Of a stretch of DNA of 32,000 nucleotides, positions 1 through 11,265 are shown piece after piece; the stretch's first letter is position 1, and each line of letters begins with the position of its first letter. The position numbers were made by a program, and so were the translations under genes. The stretch is from positions 2,151,127-2,183,126 of the forward strand of contig NC_004459.3 in the NCBI RefSeq assembly GCF_000039765.1, given 5' to 3'. The notes beneath the pieces were generated by a model. The model made no database searches. It was not told where the DNA came from and saw only the letters and a program-made list of their open reading frames with translations. The stretch comes from Vibrio vulnificus CMCP6. GTDB taxonomy: Bacteria > Pseudomonadota > Gammaproteobacteria > Enterobacterales > Vibrionaceae.

Positions 1-1106
1 ATCAGCCGAAAGGCGTGGTAGGCATTATCTGCCCTTGGAACTTCCCGTTGTATCTCTCGATAGGCCCGATGATCACGGCGTTAGCCGCAGGCAATCGCTG
101 TATGATCAAGATGCCACCCAATTGCCCGCAAACCACGCGACAGCTCCGTCGCATGCTTGCCGAGATCTACCCAACAAATCTAGTTCGTATCGTAGAAGGT
201 ACGCATCCAGAAGCTATGGACATTTCACATTTGCCTTTTGATCATTTGGTGTTTACTGGGTCCCCCACGAGCGGAAAGATCATCATGGCAAACGCTGCCG
301 CCAATCTCACGCCGGTGACTTTAGAGCTGGGGGGCAAGTCGCCAGTGGTGGTGTTTGATGATTATGAGATAGAAAAAGCAGCGCAGCGAATTGCGCATGG
401 TAAAGGGTTCAACTCTGGGCAAATCTGTATCGCTCCCGATTACGCGTTTGTGCCTGAAGGTAAGCAGGAAGCCTTTATTGATGCGTTGAAATCTGCCCAT
501 CAAAGTATGTACGGTGATATCAAGGCCAATCAAGATTACACCGCGCTAGTTGACGACGCGCAGTACCAGCGATTCCATAGCTTGCTTGAGGATGCGCGAA
601 GTAAAGGAGCGACGATTACCCAATGTCTTGAACCTGGAGAAGGGCGAAAAACGCCGCTGTATATTGCGACCAATCTGACGCCAGATATGCGTATCTGCCA
701 AGAAGAGATCTTTGGGCCTCTGTTACCTGTTCACACCTTTCAGGCCATCGAAGAGGTCATCGACTATATCAACCAACGGCCAAGGCCTCTGGCGTGTTAC
801 TTGTTCAGCCATCATCCAAAACAACGTGAAACCTTGCTCACTCAAACCCACAGTGGCGGTGTCACCATCAATGGCTGGGGCTGGCATGTGCTCAACCATT
901 CTGTGCCGTTTGGCGGCGTCGGCAATTCCGGCATCGGCAACTACCATGGCGAAGAGGGCTTTCGTGAACTTAGCCACGCACGCACCGTTTTGAAAATGCG
1001 TGATTGGTTTCCGATTCAGTTGTTTGCGCCACCCTATGGCAATTGGGTGCAAAAACTGGTGGTACGCGTGTTTGCTGGCAAACCTGATCCCACGCTGAAA
1101 GAGTGA
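1..1106 (+). CDS. Coniferyl-type aldehyde dehydrogenase, 5' end cut off by the window edge
   Basis: The frame is open from base 3 (QPKGVVGIICPWNFPL). ALDH motifs include FTGSPTSGKIIM, LELGGKSPVVVF and the catalytic-Cys region FNSGQICIAPDY, plus QEEIFGPLLP. Confidence 0.9.
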   Translation, partial: QPKGVVGIICPWNFPLYLSIGPMITALAAGNRCMIKMPPNCPQTTRQLRRMLAEIYPTNLVRIVEGTHPEAMDISHLPFDHLVFTGSPTSGKIIMANAAANLTPVTLELGGKSPVVVFDDYEIEKAAQRIAHGKGFNSGQICIAPDYAFVPEGKQEAFIDALKSAHQSMYGDIKANQDYTALVDDAQYQRFHSLLEDARSKGATITQCLEPGEGRKTPLYIATNLTPDMRICQEEIFGPLLPVHTFQAIEEVIDYINQRPRPLACYLFSHHPKQRETLLTQTHSGGVTINGWGWHVLNHSVPFGGVGNSGIGNYHGEEGFRELSHARTVLKMRDWFPIQLFAPPYGNWVQKLVVRVFAGKPDPTLKE

Positions 1107-1187
1107 TTTTTAAAACAGCTTCAACCGTACTGATGGCGTTGAAAACGTCATAAAGCAGAAATACCCAGTCGAGGTAGAGGAGAGAGC

Positions 1188-2827
1188 ATGAAGGAATATG
1201 ATTTTATTGTTGTCGGTGGCGGCTCTGCCGGTTGTGTGTTGGCGTCTCGATTGACGGAAGATCCTGACGTCACCGTCTGTTTGCTGGAAGCGGGGGCAAA
1301 GATAGCAGCCCTCTCATTCATACACCTGTTGGCATGGTGGCGATGATGCCCACCAAAATAAACAATTGGGGGTTTGAAACCATCCCACAAGCAGGTTTGA
1401 ATGGTAGAAAAGGGTATCAACCGCGGGGCAAAACGTTAGGCGGTTCCAGTTCTATCAATGCCATGATGTACGCCAGAGGGCATCGATACGACTACGACTT
1501 ATGGGCGAGTTTGGGAAACGTCGGTTGGAGTTATGACGACTGCTTACCCTATTTCAAAAAAGCGGAGAACAACGAGATTCATCGTGATGAATTTCATGGC
1601 CAAGGTGGCCCTTTGAATGTCACGAATTTACGCTCACCGAGTGACGTGTTGGAACGTTATTTAGCCGCTTGCGAGTCGATAGGCGTCCCACGCAATCCCG
1701 ATATCAATGGTGCGCAACAGTTGGGAGCGATGGCCACTCAAGTAACACAAATCAATGGTGAAAGGTGCAGTGCCGCCAAAGCGTATCTTACTCCTCATTT
1801 GGACAGGCCAAATTTAACGGTGTTAACTCAAGCGACCACCCATAAAATTCTCTTTGACGGCAAGAGAGCGGTTGGCGTCGAATATGGCCAAAAAGGCCAC
1901 ACGTTTCAGATCCGCTGTAAGCGAGAAGTGATTTTATCTGCTGGCGCGTTTGGCTCTCCACAACTGCTTTTGCTTTCGGGCGTCGGGGCGAAGAAGGATT
2001 TACAGCCATATGGTATTCAGCAAGTTCACTCATTACCCGGGGTAGGGGAGAACTTGCAAGACCACATTGACTTAGTTCATACCTATCGTTGCAGTGCCAA
2101 GCGCGATACCTTTGGTGTCTCACTTCGTATGGCGTCGGAATTGACCAAAGCGTTGCCACAATGGATCACGCAACGGACGGGTAAAATGAGCAGCAATTTT
2201 GCTGAGGGGATCGGCTTCTTATGCTCTGATGACAGCGTAGAGATCCCCGATCTGGAGTTTGTTTTTGTCGTGGCGGTAGTGGACGATCATGCGCGGAAAA
2301 TTCATGCAAGCCACGGCTTTAGTAGCCATGTGACTTTATTACGACCCAAAAGTGTTGGCCGCGTCAAACTGAACAGCGCCAACCCTTACGATGTTCCCCA
2401 CATTGACCCGGCGTTTTTTACGCATCCAGAAGATATGGAAATCATGATCAAAGGCTGGAAAAAACAGCAGCAAATGTTAGAGAGCTCGGCGTTTGATGAC
2501 ATTCGAGGGGAGAGCTTTTATCCCGTTGATGCCTCGGATGACAAAGCGATAGAGCAAGACATTCGTAACCGTGCTGATACACAATATCATCCGGTTGGCA
2601 CGTGCAAAATGGGCGTGGCAAGTGATCCGCTGGCCGTGGTTGATCATCAGCTCAGAGTTCATGGCTTAGCGGGGCTAAGGGTGGTGGATGCCTCCATTAT
2701 GCCGACCTTGATTGGTGCAAACACCAACGCGCCAACCATCATGATTGCGGAGAAAATCGCCGATGCGATTAAAGCGCACTATGCGGGTTTGGTTTGCGAG
2801 GAGAAGGAAACAATGCCAGCGGTTTAA
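1188..2827 (+). pseudogene. GMC-family oxidoreductase (choline dehydrogenase-like) with an apparent -1 frameshift near codon 36
   Basis: ATG at 1188 after a gaggtagaggagag ribosome-binding region. [36 protein letters not shown] is in frame 1188, and GMC sequence continues in the frame of ORF 1334-2827 (PRGKTLGGSSSINAMMYARG, YHPVGTCKMG, VVDASIMPTLIGANTNAP). The switch falls at or just after the G5 run at 1292-1296. Confidence 0.8.
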
Positions 2828-2897
2828 CTGTTATTAAGAGTGCTATTGTCGACGTTTTAGGATAAAAATACGCCACTGCGCTCAAATGGCCAACAAG

Positions 2898-2926
2898 AAA
2901 ACGCCCGCAATCATCGCGGGCGTTTA
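2898..2926. terminator. Bidirectional intrinsic terminator between convergent genes
   Basis: Perfect 10-bp stem AAACGCCCGC (2899-2908) / GCGGGCGTTT (2916-2925), 7-nt loop, A-rich and T-rich flanks. Confidence 0.8.
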
Positions 2927-2951
2927 TCGTATAAGTGACGCAAGAATTGAT

Positions 2952-3944
2952 CTAGCTTGCGCTGCTATCAAAATCTTGTTTTGCGCCAAATTGACGCATT
3001 GAATACGCGACGCGCTCTTCTGCTGAGGGATAGACCAGTGGTGCGCCCAAGTTCTCAATATGGTGTAAGCGTGGTAAAAGCCCGGCACCGTTGGCAATTT
3101 GAATCGCTAGACCAGGGCGAGCGTTGAGTTCCAATACCATTGGTCCTTCTTCTTTATCCAACACCATATCGGTACCGAGATAACCCAGTCCGGTCATTTC
3201 CCACGCACTGGCTGCCAAGGTCAACAAACGTTGCCAATGAGGCACTTGTAAAGTAGCAAGATCTTTTCCTGTGTCTGGATGGTGAGTGACAGGTTGGTTG
3301 AACTGCACGGCACGAATCGCTTTCCCCGTCGCAATATCAATACCTACCCCAACCGCACCTTGGTGCAAGTTGGCTTTTCCATCCGACGCGGCCGTTGAGC
3401 AACGCATCATCGCCATCACAGGGTAGCCTTTGAATACGATGATCCGCACATCGGGCACCCCTTCGAAGCTGAATCCGTCAAAGCAGTTATCAAACTTAAT
3501 TAAGTTCTCAACCACGGCGACATCGTTCTTACCACCAAGAGAGAATAACCCCGCTAGAGCATTAGAAATATGGCGTTCGATCTCTTCTTTGTTGATGGTG
3601 GAACCCGAAGGTTTGGTGTAAACGCCCTCTTTGTGCGAGGTCACCACAAGAATGCCTTTACCGCCACTACCACGAGCGGGTTTGATCACAAACCCGGGCC
3701 AATCTTTGACCATTTCGTGAATGCGTTTCACATCGGCCTGATTGCTGATCACACCAATCAACTGCGGCACTGTACAGCCCGCACGTTGCGCGATGATCTT
3801 GGTTTTGAGCTTGTCATCCACCAAAGGGTATTTGGAACGGTCGTTGTAGCGACCAATATAAGCGTGGTTACGCTTATTCATCCCCATGATCCCTTTGCGT
3901 CGCAGCTTCATCGGTGATGTGTACTTAGACAAAAAGGAGAACAT
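2952..3944 (-). CDS. RimK-like ATP-grasp protein (alpha-L-glutamate ligase-like)
   Basis: ATP-grasp signatures: FVIKPARGSGGKGILVV, VPDVRIIVFKGYPVMAMMRCST, GYLGTDMVLDKEEGPMVLELNARPGLAIQIAN. Confidence 0.85.
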   Translation of the reverse strand: MFSFLSKYTSPMKLRRKGIMGMNKRNHAYIGRYNDRSKYPLVDDKLKTKIIAQRAGCTVPQLIGVISNQADVKRIHEMVKDWPGFVIKPARGSGGKGILVVTSHKEGVYTKPSGSTINKEEIERHISNALAGLFSLGGKNDVAVVENLIKFDNCFDGFSFEGVPDVRIIVFKGYPVMAMMRCSTAASDGKANLHQGAVGVGIDIATGKAIRAVQFNQPVTHHPDTGKDLATLQVPHWQRLLTLAASAWEMTGLGYLGTDMVLDKEEGPMVLELNARPGLAIQIANGAGLLPRLHHIENLGAPLVYPSAEERVAYSMRQFGAKQDFDSSAS

Positions 3945-3947
3945 AGA

Positions 3948-5453
3948 TTAATCCTCCACCAATGGCTTAAAGCGGCGCAGTTCTGTAATGCGGTATCCAG
4001 TGTAAGTACCCAATAGCAGAATTGCCGCCAGTACCACAAGCTGAAGACCAATGAAGTTAAAGGTTAGGTGCTGGATGTATGGGTTAGTCATGCCAAGGTA
4101 AACCAATACTGCGGTAAATAATGAACCACCGCCTTGCAGTACCACCTCTTTCGCGCCTTCTTCTTCCCACAAGATGGACATACGTTCGATGGTCCATGAC
4201 AAGATGATCATTGGGAAGAAGGTGATAGAAAGGCCTTCGGTTAGACCAATCTTGAATGCCACGACGGTGAACACGGAAATAATCAGAATAACGGTAATAA
4301 TGACCGCAGATATCCGCGCAACCAACAGCAAGTTCAGCTTGGAGAGGTAGCTACGAATGATCAAACCCGTACCCACAATCAATAAGAAACCGACAATCCC
4401 CGTAACCAGTTGCGTCTGTACAAACGCCACGGCAATCAGTACGGGCATAAAGGTGCCGGATGTTTTCAAACCAATGATGACGCGCAAGAACACCACAATG
4501 AGTGCGCCAATCGGCACCAACATGATGGTCTTAAACATCGCTTGTTCTTCGAGAGGTAAGCTGTGAATCGAGAGGTTCAGTAGGCCATCGGCTTCCACTT
4601 TGTTGTTGGTTGCCGCTTGCGGTGAAATGTCTTGCGCAATCATGGAGAAATGCACTTGGCTATTTTGACCACCGACCAAATCCAGTAGCGATACGTTAGA
4701 ATCATCCCATACCAGCAAGTTGCCTTGGTCAGCGTGTTGCTCAGAGTTTGGCGAGAATAGAACCCAAGATTGCCCATCCCACACTTGAATCATTGATTCA
4801 ATAGTTTGGCGACGACGACCATCTTCCAAAGCGATGACTCCGACCATTTTGCTTTGAACATCGGCAGTCGAAAGCAGTTTGTAGATGGTGGTGGCACGGT
4901 CAGCGTTGTTAAGCAGTAGCGCTGCGTTTTGGCTGTCGGGATCGTTGAGTGTCTTGATCAACTCGCGCGTGAACGTGATGTTATCAGATGAGCGAGCCAT
5001 CGCGCGCTCAATTAAGGCTTTCGCGGCTGTTTGTTCCGGATTAGAGTAGGTCGGTTTGTTGATCGGCTCAGTGGGCGGTTGTACGGTCACTTTTGCCTGT
5101 GGGTCCACTAGAAACTGTGTTTTGTAGTAAATCGTTTGTGGGCCACTCGCCTGACGGATCGACCACTCGGCGCGACGACCCGATGCGGTATTAACGTAAG
5201 AGACGCCATAGCCTGGAGACGATGCTGTCTCATTGATCAAGGTGAAGCCATTTTGAGTATGAGGTGCTGCAAGTGAGGCTTTCACCTCTTGACCGCTGGC
5301 GTTAAATTCAATGCGCGCTTCAATATCCCAGATCTGGCGGCTTTCGCCGGGTGTCCATGGCACGCCATAGGTTTGATGGCGAAACACGCTGAGTGTTATC
5401 CCTGCGACAATCAGCAGGATGATAGAAAGATAAAAGGGAACTCGGGAAGTCAT
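3948..5453 (-). CDS. Inactive transglutaminase-like periplasmic domain fused to a multi-TM membrane domain
   Basis: 501 aa. N-terminal TM, a soluble region with FTRELIKTLNDPDSQNAALLLNN, then multiple hydrophobic helices (FKTIMLVPIGALIVVFLRVIIGLKTSGTFMPVLIAVAF...). Only 3 nt separate it from the ATP-grasp gene. Confidence 0.8.
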   Translation of the reverse strand: MTSRVPFYLSIILLIVAGITLSVFRHQTYGVPWTPGESRQIWDIEARIEFNASGQEVKASLAAPHTQNGFTLINETASSPGYGVSYVNTASGRRAEWSIRQASGPQTIYYKTQFLVDPQAKVTVQPPTEPINKPTYSNPEQTAAKALIERAMARSSDNITFTRELIKTLNDPDSQNAALLLNNADRATTIYKLLSTADVQSKMVGVIALEDGRRRQTIESMIQVWDGQSWVLFSPNSEQHADQGNLLVWDDSNVSLLDLVGGQNSQVHFSMIAQDISPQAATNNKVEADGLLNLSIHSLPLEEQAMFKTIMLVPIGALIVVFLRVIIGLKTSGTFMPVLIAVAFVQTQLVTGIVGFLLIVGTGLIIRSYLSKLNLLLVARISAVIITVILIISVFTVVAFKIGLTEGLSITFFPMIILSWTIERMSILWEEEGAKEVVLQGGGSLFTAVLVYLGMTNPYIQHLTFNFIGLQLVVLAAILLLGTYTGYRITELRRFKPLVED

Positions 5454-5460
5454 AGCCTAC

Positions 5461-6207
5461 CTATTTTTTCTTTTGTCCGGTTTGAATGTAACTGCGACTA
5501 ACGTCAACAAGAGCAATATCGCGAATAAACTCACGACCTAAAAGAACGGGATGGCTCATTTGTGAGCGGTCTGCCAATGTAAATTGCGCCTTTTCTTTGA
5601 TTTCGCCCACTTTGACCCACAGCTCGACGACTGCGCGGCGTTCGGTATCGTCGTTGGTCGACTGACGAATCTTCACATAACGAATCACGGGTGCTTCAAT
5701 CCAGTTTTGGTCAGTGCCAGGTTGTTCTGGATCTGAGAGGTGGAAGCGAACCCAATCTTTACCATTGCGCTCGAACATTTCGATGTCAACGGCATTCAGT
5801 GATGATGTGGTTGCCCCGGTATCAACACGTGCATCAAAAGACTGATTGATCGACTCAATGGTCACTTTTTCAATCGCACCCAAGATGATTTGATTTTTGG
5901 CTGGTGCTGGTGGCGCGGCAATGACTTTAGGTTCAGGTTTTTTCTCTTCAGACGACGCCAAACTTTGCTGTTGAGTCAACTGAAGATGTTCAACTTGTTT
6001 TTGTAACTCGGTAATTTGAGTCTCAAGGCTCTCGATGTAATCGACTTGGTTTGAGGATTGCAGAGTGAGATTCTCTATCTTATTCGTAATACGAGTCTCA
6101 GAGTCTTGGAGGGCGGTCAGGGTTTTCTGATGATATTGCTCACCATTGGTTAAAGTACAGCCAGATAACAAAACGAGAGCGAGTACTGGCGTCAATCTTA
6201 TAAACAT
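5461..6207 (-). CDS. Predicted lipoprotein with retropepsin-like domain (DUF785 family, often annotated 'ATP-dependent zinc protease')
   Basis: Signal peptide and lipobox MFIRLTPVLALVLLSGC, a coiled-coil-like stretch, then VTIESINQSFDARVDTGATTSSLNA and HPVLLGREFIRDIALVDVSRSYI. Confidence 0.85.
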   Translation of the reverse strand: MFIRLTPVLALVLLSGCTLTNGEQYHQKTLTALQDSETRITNKIENLTLQSSNQVDYIESLETQITELQKQVEHLQLTQQQSLASSEEKKPEPKVIAAPPAPAKNQIILGAIEKVTIESINQSFDARVDTGATTSSLNAVDIEMFERNGKDWVRFHLSDPEQPGTDQNWIEAPVIRYVKIRQSTNDDTERRAVVELWVKVGEIKEKAQFTLADRSQMSHPVLLGREFIRDIALVDVSRSYIQTGQKKK

Positions 6208-6263
6208 TGAATGCCTTAAAAAGTGAATTAGGGGAATAAGTTATTGTAAAGAGGAGTGTAGCG

Positions 6264-6292
6264 TATAAAAAAGGATGCGTGAAGCATCCTCT
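6264..6292 (-). terminator. Intrinsic terminator downstream of cmoB
   Basis: On the minus strand, AGGATGC-TTCAC-GCATCCT is followed by TTTTTTAT. Stem arms are at 6272-6278 and 6284-6290. Confidence 0.75.
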
Positions 6293-6339
6293 TGTTAGGG
6301 TTTAGTGATACTCAAATTATTGAGTCAAAACCGTGTCAA

Positions 6340-7311
6340 TTATGGCTTTTTCGCCACCAAAATTGCGCGGCGAGGTGCTGGATAACCTTCCACCGTTTTG
6401 CTCGGGTCATTCTGATCGAGATAATCAGGCAGTGAATTGTGAGTCATCCAATTGGTGGTGCGTTGCTCGTCGACAGAGGTGACGTTTTCGTCCACGATGC
6501 GCACGTCTTCAAAGCCAACCAATTCTAACCACACTTTTAAAGCGCGAGCTGAAGGGAAGAAATACACATTGCGCATTTGAGCGTAGCGTTCCTTGGGAAC
6601 CAAAACTGCCGTTTCATCCCCTTCAATCACCAAGGTTTCCAGAATCAATTCACCGCCGGAGACAAGCTGATCTTTCAGTTGAATTAAGTGATCAAGCGGA
6701 GAGCGACGGTGGTACAACACCCCCATGCTGAAAACAGTATCGAACGCTTCAAGCTTTGGTAGCTGTTCAATGCCCAATGGCAGCAGGTGTGCACGTTGAT
6801 CGCCACCCATTAACTTACGGATCGCTTCAAACTGAATTAAAAACAGGTGTGATGGATCAATACCCACGCACAGACGTGCGCCTTCACCTAACATGCGCCA
6901 CATGTGATAACCGTTACCACAACCGACATCCAGCACGCTGCGATTTTTCAATGGTGAAATATGAGGCAGAACACGGTCCCATTTCCAGTCACTGCGCCAT
7001 TCGGTGTCAATATGAATGCCGTGAACGGTATAAGGGCCTTTGCGCCAAGGGTGGAAAGTACGCAGCAAGCTTTCAAGCTTCTTCAACTCGCCTTGATGGA
7101 ACGGGGTGTCATTGCTAATGGTGACAGAGTGCTTAATGTCTATCTGATCGGGTGCGCCTTCTGGGATCTTATTGAGTGCTTTTAACCAGCGAGGGAAATC
7201 ACCATGCTCAGCATTTTGCCAATCTGTTAGCTGTTGAGGTAGAACGTTGAGCCATGGCTGAAGACGAGTGTCTTGAGCGATTAACTGGTAAAAATTAGCA
7301 AAATTAAACAT
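6340..7311 (-). CDS. cmoB: tRNA U34 carboxymethyltransferase CmoB
   Basis: 323 aa. [56 protein letters not shown]; SAM-methyltransferase motif; lies downstream of cmoA. Confidence 0.95.
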   Translation of the reverse strand: MFNFANFYQLIAQDTRLQPWLNVLPQQLTDWQNAEHGDFPRWLKALNKIPEGAPDQIDIKHSVTISNDTPFHQGELKKLESLLRTFHPWRKGPYTVHGIHIDTEWRSDWKWDRVLPHISPLKNRSVLDVGCGNGYHMWRMLGEGARLCVGIDPSHLFLIQFEAIRKLMGGDQRAHLLPLGIEQLPKLEAFDTVFSMGVLYHRRSPLDHLIQLKDQLVSGGELILETLVIEGDETAVLVPKERYAQMRNVYFFPSARALKVWLELVGFEDVRIVDENVTSVDEQRTTNWMTHNSLPDYLDQNDPSKTVEGYPAPRRAILVAKKP

Positions 7312-7367
7312 CGTTTTTCACTGAGTAATAAATTAAAAATTGACACTAAATGCGAAACGTTAAGACT

Positions 7368-7464
7368 TTCTCGCTTCTCGCTTCTCGCTTCTCGCTTCTC
7401 GCTTCTCGCTTCTCGCTTCTCGCTTCTCGCTTCTCGCTTCTCGCTTCTCGCTTCTCGCTTCTCG

Positions 7465-7465
<1 letters not shown>
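7368..7465. repeat. Perfect tandem repeat (TTCTCGC)14, reading (GCGAGAA)14 on the cmoAB coding strand
   Basis: Counted directly: 98 bp, 14 contiguous identical 7-bp units. The last unit ends at 7465, which is the final base of the cmoA TAG stop codon. Confidence 0.98.
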
Positions 7466-8214
<749 letters not shown>

Positions 8215-8303
8215 CTAACAAACTGCCTGTTTTCACATAGGCGGTAAAAAGGCGCGTATTTTAGGGGAATTTCCTCAAGCTGTCATGCATTGCAAGACAA
8301 GGC

Positions 8304-9170
8304 TTAGAACATCTGTATTTGGCTATTGCCACTATTGGCAGGAAAATCAGACAGATTGGGTAGTTTCACTTGTTGCTGTAATTGTTGGTAAAGTCGTTTG
8401 GCTAACTGGGGGCCTTCTACGTTATCTGGTGTGTGGATCATTAAATAAGGTTGCTTACCCTCGGTAATCCAAAGGGGTAATTTGCTCAGCCAAGGGGCAA
8501 AGAAGGGCAGGTTGCTCTCTAAATCGGGATGACCAATAAAGCGAATCATTGGATGCTCTCCCGTCGCGATGGCGTGAACGGGCACCTTTGGTTTTTTCTG
8601 GTGCGCATCGATAACGGCCTCCGTTGTTGCTGGGGCTGCGAAAACCGGACGGCTATCCATGATGATGCGATCAATCTTTGTTTCCATTAACCATTGATTC
8701 AAGCGTTTCTCATCCTCTCCTTTCGCAAAAAAAGCCAAATGACGCACTTCGATTCCCAGCGGAAACCCTTCGGGAAAGTAAGAGCAGAAACGTTGTAGCA
8801 GCGGTAAATGCTCTGGTGAGAAAGCCGCAGGAAGTTGGATTGTCCATTGGCCAATACGCGGGTGCAGCGGTTCCATGACACTCAAAAACTCGCGTAACAA
8901 ACCCTGAGAGCCTTTAAGCATCTGCTGGTGGGTAATCTGCTTTGGCAACTTAAAGGTGAAACGAAAATCGTCATGCGTCGCCGCGCGCCAGTTGAGTACG
9001 GTTGGTGTATTTGGCGTTGCGTAGAAGGTCGTATTGCCTTCGACAGTGTGAAAGACCTGTGCGTACTTTTCCAGTCGCTCTGCGGGTTTGGTCCCCGAGC
9101 CATAAAAGTCTTGTTGCCACTGATTGTGTGACCACATGGTCAGACCCAATCGAAGAGGAAGCGTGTTCAT
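8304..9170 (-). CDS. DUF72 family protein (YecE-like)
   Basis: MNTLPLRLGLTMWSHNQWQQDFYG, YAQVFHTVEGNTTFYATPNTPTVLNWR, DDFRFTFKLPKQITHQ. Confidence 0.9.
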   Translation of the reverse strand: MNTLPLRLGLTMWSHNQWQQDFYGSGTKPAERLEKYAQVFHTVEGNTTFYATPNTPTVLNWRAATHDDFRFTFKLPKQITHQQMLKGSQGLLREFLSVMEPLHPRIGQWTIQLPAAFSPEHLPLLQRFCSYFPEGFPLGIEVRHLAFFAKGEDEKRLNQWLMETKIDRIIMDSRPVFAAPATTEAVIDAHQKKPKVPVHAIATGEHPMIRFIGHPDLESNLPFFAPWLSKLPLWITEGKQPYLMIHTPDNVEGPQLAKRLYQQLQQQVKLPNLSDFPANSGNSQIQMF

Positions 9171-9441
9171 GGTTTCTCGCTGCATTTATTCCTAGCCTCA
9201 CTGTACGAGAGTTTTGCCGAAATCGGTAGTTTCGCGTTATAATCCCGACCAATTTTTCACATTTGATGTGCTTTTGAGCAGTTGCTGTATCAAAAAGCAT
9301 CAATGCATGATAAAACGCAATAAATTGTATTCTGACTAGTCGATTTTCACCGACATTCAGCGTATAAATGGACCTTTGCTCTGTTGAGAAAATGACCGAC
9401 AGAGAGTAGTTAACAATTTTAGAGAGATTGGGAATTTCATT

Positions 9442-11220
9442 ATGCGTACCCATTACTGTGGTCACCTGAACAAGTCCCTTGCAGGACAAACTGTAGAACT
9501 TTGCGGCTGGGTTAACCGTCGTCGTGATTTAGGCGGTCTTATTTTTATTGATATGCGAGATCGTGAAGGTATCGTTCAGGTAGTTGTTGATCCAGATATG
9601 GCTGATGCGTATGCAGTGGCAAGCCAACTGCGTAATGAGTTCTGTATCAAGCTAACGGGTGAAGTTCGCACTCGTCCTGAAAGCCAAGTGAATAAAGAAA
9701 TGGCAACGGGTGAAGTAGAGATCTTGGCTAAAGGTCTTGAAATCATCAACCGTTCTGACGTGCTGCCTCTCGACTTCAACCAGAAGAACTCGGAAGAGCA
9801 ACGTCTGAAGTATCGCTACCTAGACCTACGTCGTCCAGAAATGAGCGACCGCATCAAGCTACGTGCAAAAGCGTCTAGCTTTGTTCGTCGTTTCCTAGAT
9901 GACAACGGCTTCCTAGACATCGAAACGCCAGTACTAACCAAAGCGACACCAGAAGGCGCGCGTGACTACCTAGTACCAAGCCGTGTTCACAAAGGCAGCT
10001 TCTACGCACTTCCTCAATCTCCACAGTTGTTCAAACAGCTGCTTATGATGTCTGGCTTTGACCGTTACTACCAAATCGTTAAGTGTTTCCGTGACGAAGA
10101 CTTACGTGCTGACCGTCAGCCAGAATTCACCCAGATCGATATTGAAACGTCATTCATGACGTCTGATCAAGTACGTGCAGTGACGGAAAAAATGGTTCGC
10201 GAAATGTGGCTAGAGCTACTGAACGTTGACCTAGGTGAGTTCCCTGTTATGCCGTTTAGCGAAGCGATTCGTCGTTTCGGCTCGGACAAGCCAGATCTGC
10301 GTAACCCACTAGAGCTAGTAGACGTTGCTGACCTAGTAAAAGACGTGGATTTCAAAGTGTTCTCTGGCCCTGCTAACGATGAGAAAGGTCGTGTGGCAGT
10401 TATCCGTGTTCCTGGTGGTGCAGAGCTTACTCGTAAGCAAATCGATGAGTACACTGGCTTTGTGAACATCTACGGCGCGAAAGGTCTAGCATGGATGAAG
10501 GTTAACGACCGTGCAGCTGGCATGGAGGGTATCCAATCTCCAGTCGCTAAATTCCTAAGCGAAGATGTGATCAACGGTATTCTAGAGCGCACTCAAGCAG
10601 AATCGGGTGACATCATCCTATTTGGCGCAGACAAAGCTAACATCGTTGCTGAAGCACTAGGTGCACTTCGTCTTAAACTTGGCAAAGACCTGGGTCTAAC
10701 CAAAGAAGGCACTTGGGCTCCACTATGGGTTGTTGACTTCCCAATGTTTGAAGAAGACGACGAAGGCAACCTACACGCGATGCACCACCCATTCACATCG
10801 CCTCTAGGTCTGACTGCTGAAGAGCTCAAAGCAAACCCAGCGCCAGCGATTTCAAATGCGTACGACATGGTTCTCAACGGCTACGAAGTGGGCGGTGGTT
10901 CTGTACGTATTCACAACGCAGAAATGCAGGCAGCGGTATTCGATATTCTTGGTATCGATGCTGACGAGCAAAAACTGAAATTTGGCTTCCTATTGGACGC
11001 ACTGAAATTCGGTACGCCTCCACACGCAGGTCTTGCATTCGGTCTAGACCGTCTTGTCATGCTGCTATGTGGTACTGAGAACATTCGTGACGTTATCGCG
11101 TTTCCGAAAACAACAGCAGCCGCGTGTCTGATGACGGATGCGCCAAGTGTGGCTAACCCAGCAGCACTTGAAGAGCTTGCGATTGCCGTGACGGTTGCAA
11201 AAGAAAAAAGCGCAGAATAA
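9442..11220 (+). CDS. aspS: Aspartyl-tRNA synthetase
   Basis: 592 aa. [88 protein letters not shown]. Confidence 0.98.
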   Translation: MRTHYCGHLNKSLAGQTVELCGWVNRRRDLGGLIFIDMRDREGIVQVVVDPDMADAYAVASQLRNEFCIKLTGEVRTRPESQVNKEMATGEVEILAKGLEIINRSDVLPLDFNQKNSEEQRLKYRYLDLRRPEMSDRIKLRAKASSFVRRFLDDNGFLDIETPVLTKATPEGARDYLVPSRVHKGSFYALPQSPQLFKQLLMMSGFDRYYQIVKCFRDEDLRADRQPEFTQIDIETSFMTSDQVRAVTEKMVREMWLELLNVDLGEFPVMPFSEAIRRFGSDKPDLRNPLELVDVADLVKDVDFKVFSGPANDEKGRVAVIRVPGGAELTRKQIDEYTGFVNIYGAKGLAWMKVNDRAAGMEGIQSPVAKFLSEDVINGILERTQAESGDIILFGADKANIVAEALGALRLKLGKDLGLTKEGTWAPLWVVDFPMFEEDDEGNLHAMHHPFTSPLGLTAEELKANPAPAISNAYDMVLNGYEVGGGSVRIHNAEMQAAVFDILGIDADEQKLKFGFLLDALKFGTPPHAGLAFGLDRLVMLLCGTENIRDVIAFPKTTAAACLMTDAPSVANPAALEELAIAVTVAKEKSAE

Positions 11221-11233
11221 GCAATAAGCGTTA

Positions 11234-11265
11234 AAAAACTCCCGCAAACGCGGGAGTTTTTGTTT
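11234..11265 (+). terminator. Intrinsic terminator after aspS
   Basis: AAAAACTCCCGC (11234-11245) / GCGGGAGTTTTT (11250-11261), 4-nt loop AAAC. Confidence 0.85.

Noticed and set aside
1334-2827. Treating the 497-aa ORF as the complete GMC oxidoreductase
   Set aside because: It lacks the FAD-binding N-terminus, which is present just upstream in another frame; a frameshift explains this better.
8971-9489. Minus-strand 172-aa ORF across the DUF72 start and aspS start
   Set aside because: It overlaps two well-supported genes and the intergenic promoter region, with no recognisable domain.
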